NCBI GenBank assembly: GCA_963806485.1
Contig: CAWDXY010000001.1
Location: 192,599 to 256,598, forward strand
Source of the DNA: an uncultured delta proteobacterium
Lineage (GTDB): Bacteria > Desulfobacterota > Binatia > Binatales > Binataceae
Direction: 5' to 3'
DNA length: 64,000 nucleotides
The stretch's first letter is position 1; every line of letters starts with the position of its first letter. Below are positions 63,598-64,000 of this stretch, piece after piece. The translations under genes were made by a program, and so were the position numbers. Under the pieces are notes generated by a model. That model was not told where the DNA came from, ran no database searches, and worked only from the letters and a program-made list of their open reading frames with translations.

Positions 63598-64000
63598 CCT
63601 TTGGCGACTTGGCCGGAGCCGCGAGCAGAAAACCTGCTGCGTTCCCGGCGAGGGCCAGGCTCACCTGAGTCGATTCCTGATCGGTCGCGGATCTTTTGAC
63701 CGGTCAATTTAAGACATCCTCGATTCCGACACACTCTTTTGCCTTCTGTTATCCGTCCCTGCGCTGCTCATTTTGCTTGCGGTAGGCCCGCTAACTCACG
63801 GCCCCCGGCACGAGTTTTGGAGTAGGAGAGTCGGCGGAAGTTGAAAGTCCATTCAGTCGCCAGGCATCTCTGAATATTGCCGAAATGCTGGACGGCTGGG
63901 CGTGCGCGCACACAACTGCGCGCAGGGGGCGGCGGATGCATAAGCACCCGAACGGATCTGAACCGCATCACATCGCCTGCATGAGAACCGCATCCGATCG

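Noticed and set aside
63768-64000. Minus-strand ORF at the window end
   Set aside because: No recognisable similarity and truncated by the window edge

Overview
A GC-rich bacterial chromosomal window. Gene content and style suggest a Deltaproteobacteria-like, possibly Binatota-like organism (inference only). Most of it is housekeeping: ldcA-serine hydrolase-mpl peptidoglycan recycling, mfd-surA-pdxA-uvrA, an M16 peptidase pair, eno-gpmI, alr-purH-purD-tsaC, a TPP riboswitch with thiS-thiG-thiE, and pcm-nlpD-apt. Four accessory features stand out. (1) Mosaic clusters of several REP-like palindromic repeat families. (2) A complete 2964-bp IS1595-family element with perfect 23-bp TIRs, an 8-bp TSD and passenger genes, inserted into one REP hairpin so that its own end rebuilds the hairpin. 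(3) An apparently lower-GC segment (~44.3-51.8 kb, judged by eye) with a porin / monoheme cytochrome c / type-1 copper protein / secreted repeat-protein cluster, a candidate trans-envelope electron-transfer or metal-handling module. (4) One intact and one decayed toxin-antitoxin locus, a tandem pair of unusual secreted PDZ proteins, and a membrane-anchored redoxin lacking its active-site cysteines. No rRNA, tRNA or CRISPR array was seen. All family assignments come from motif recognition, not from database searches.
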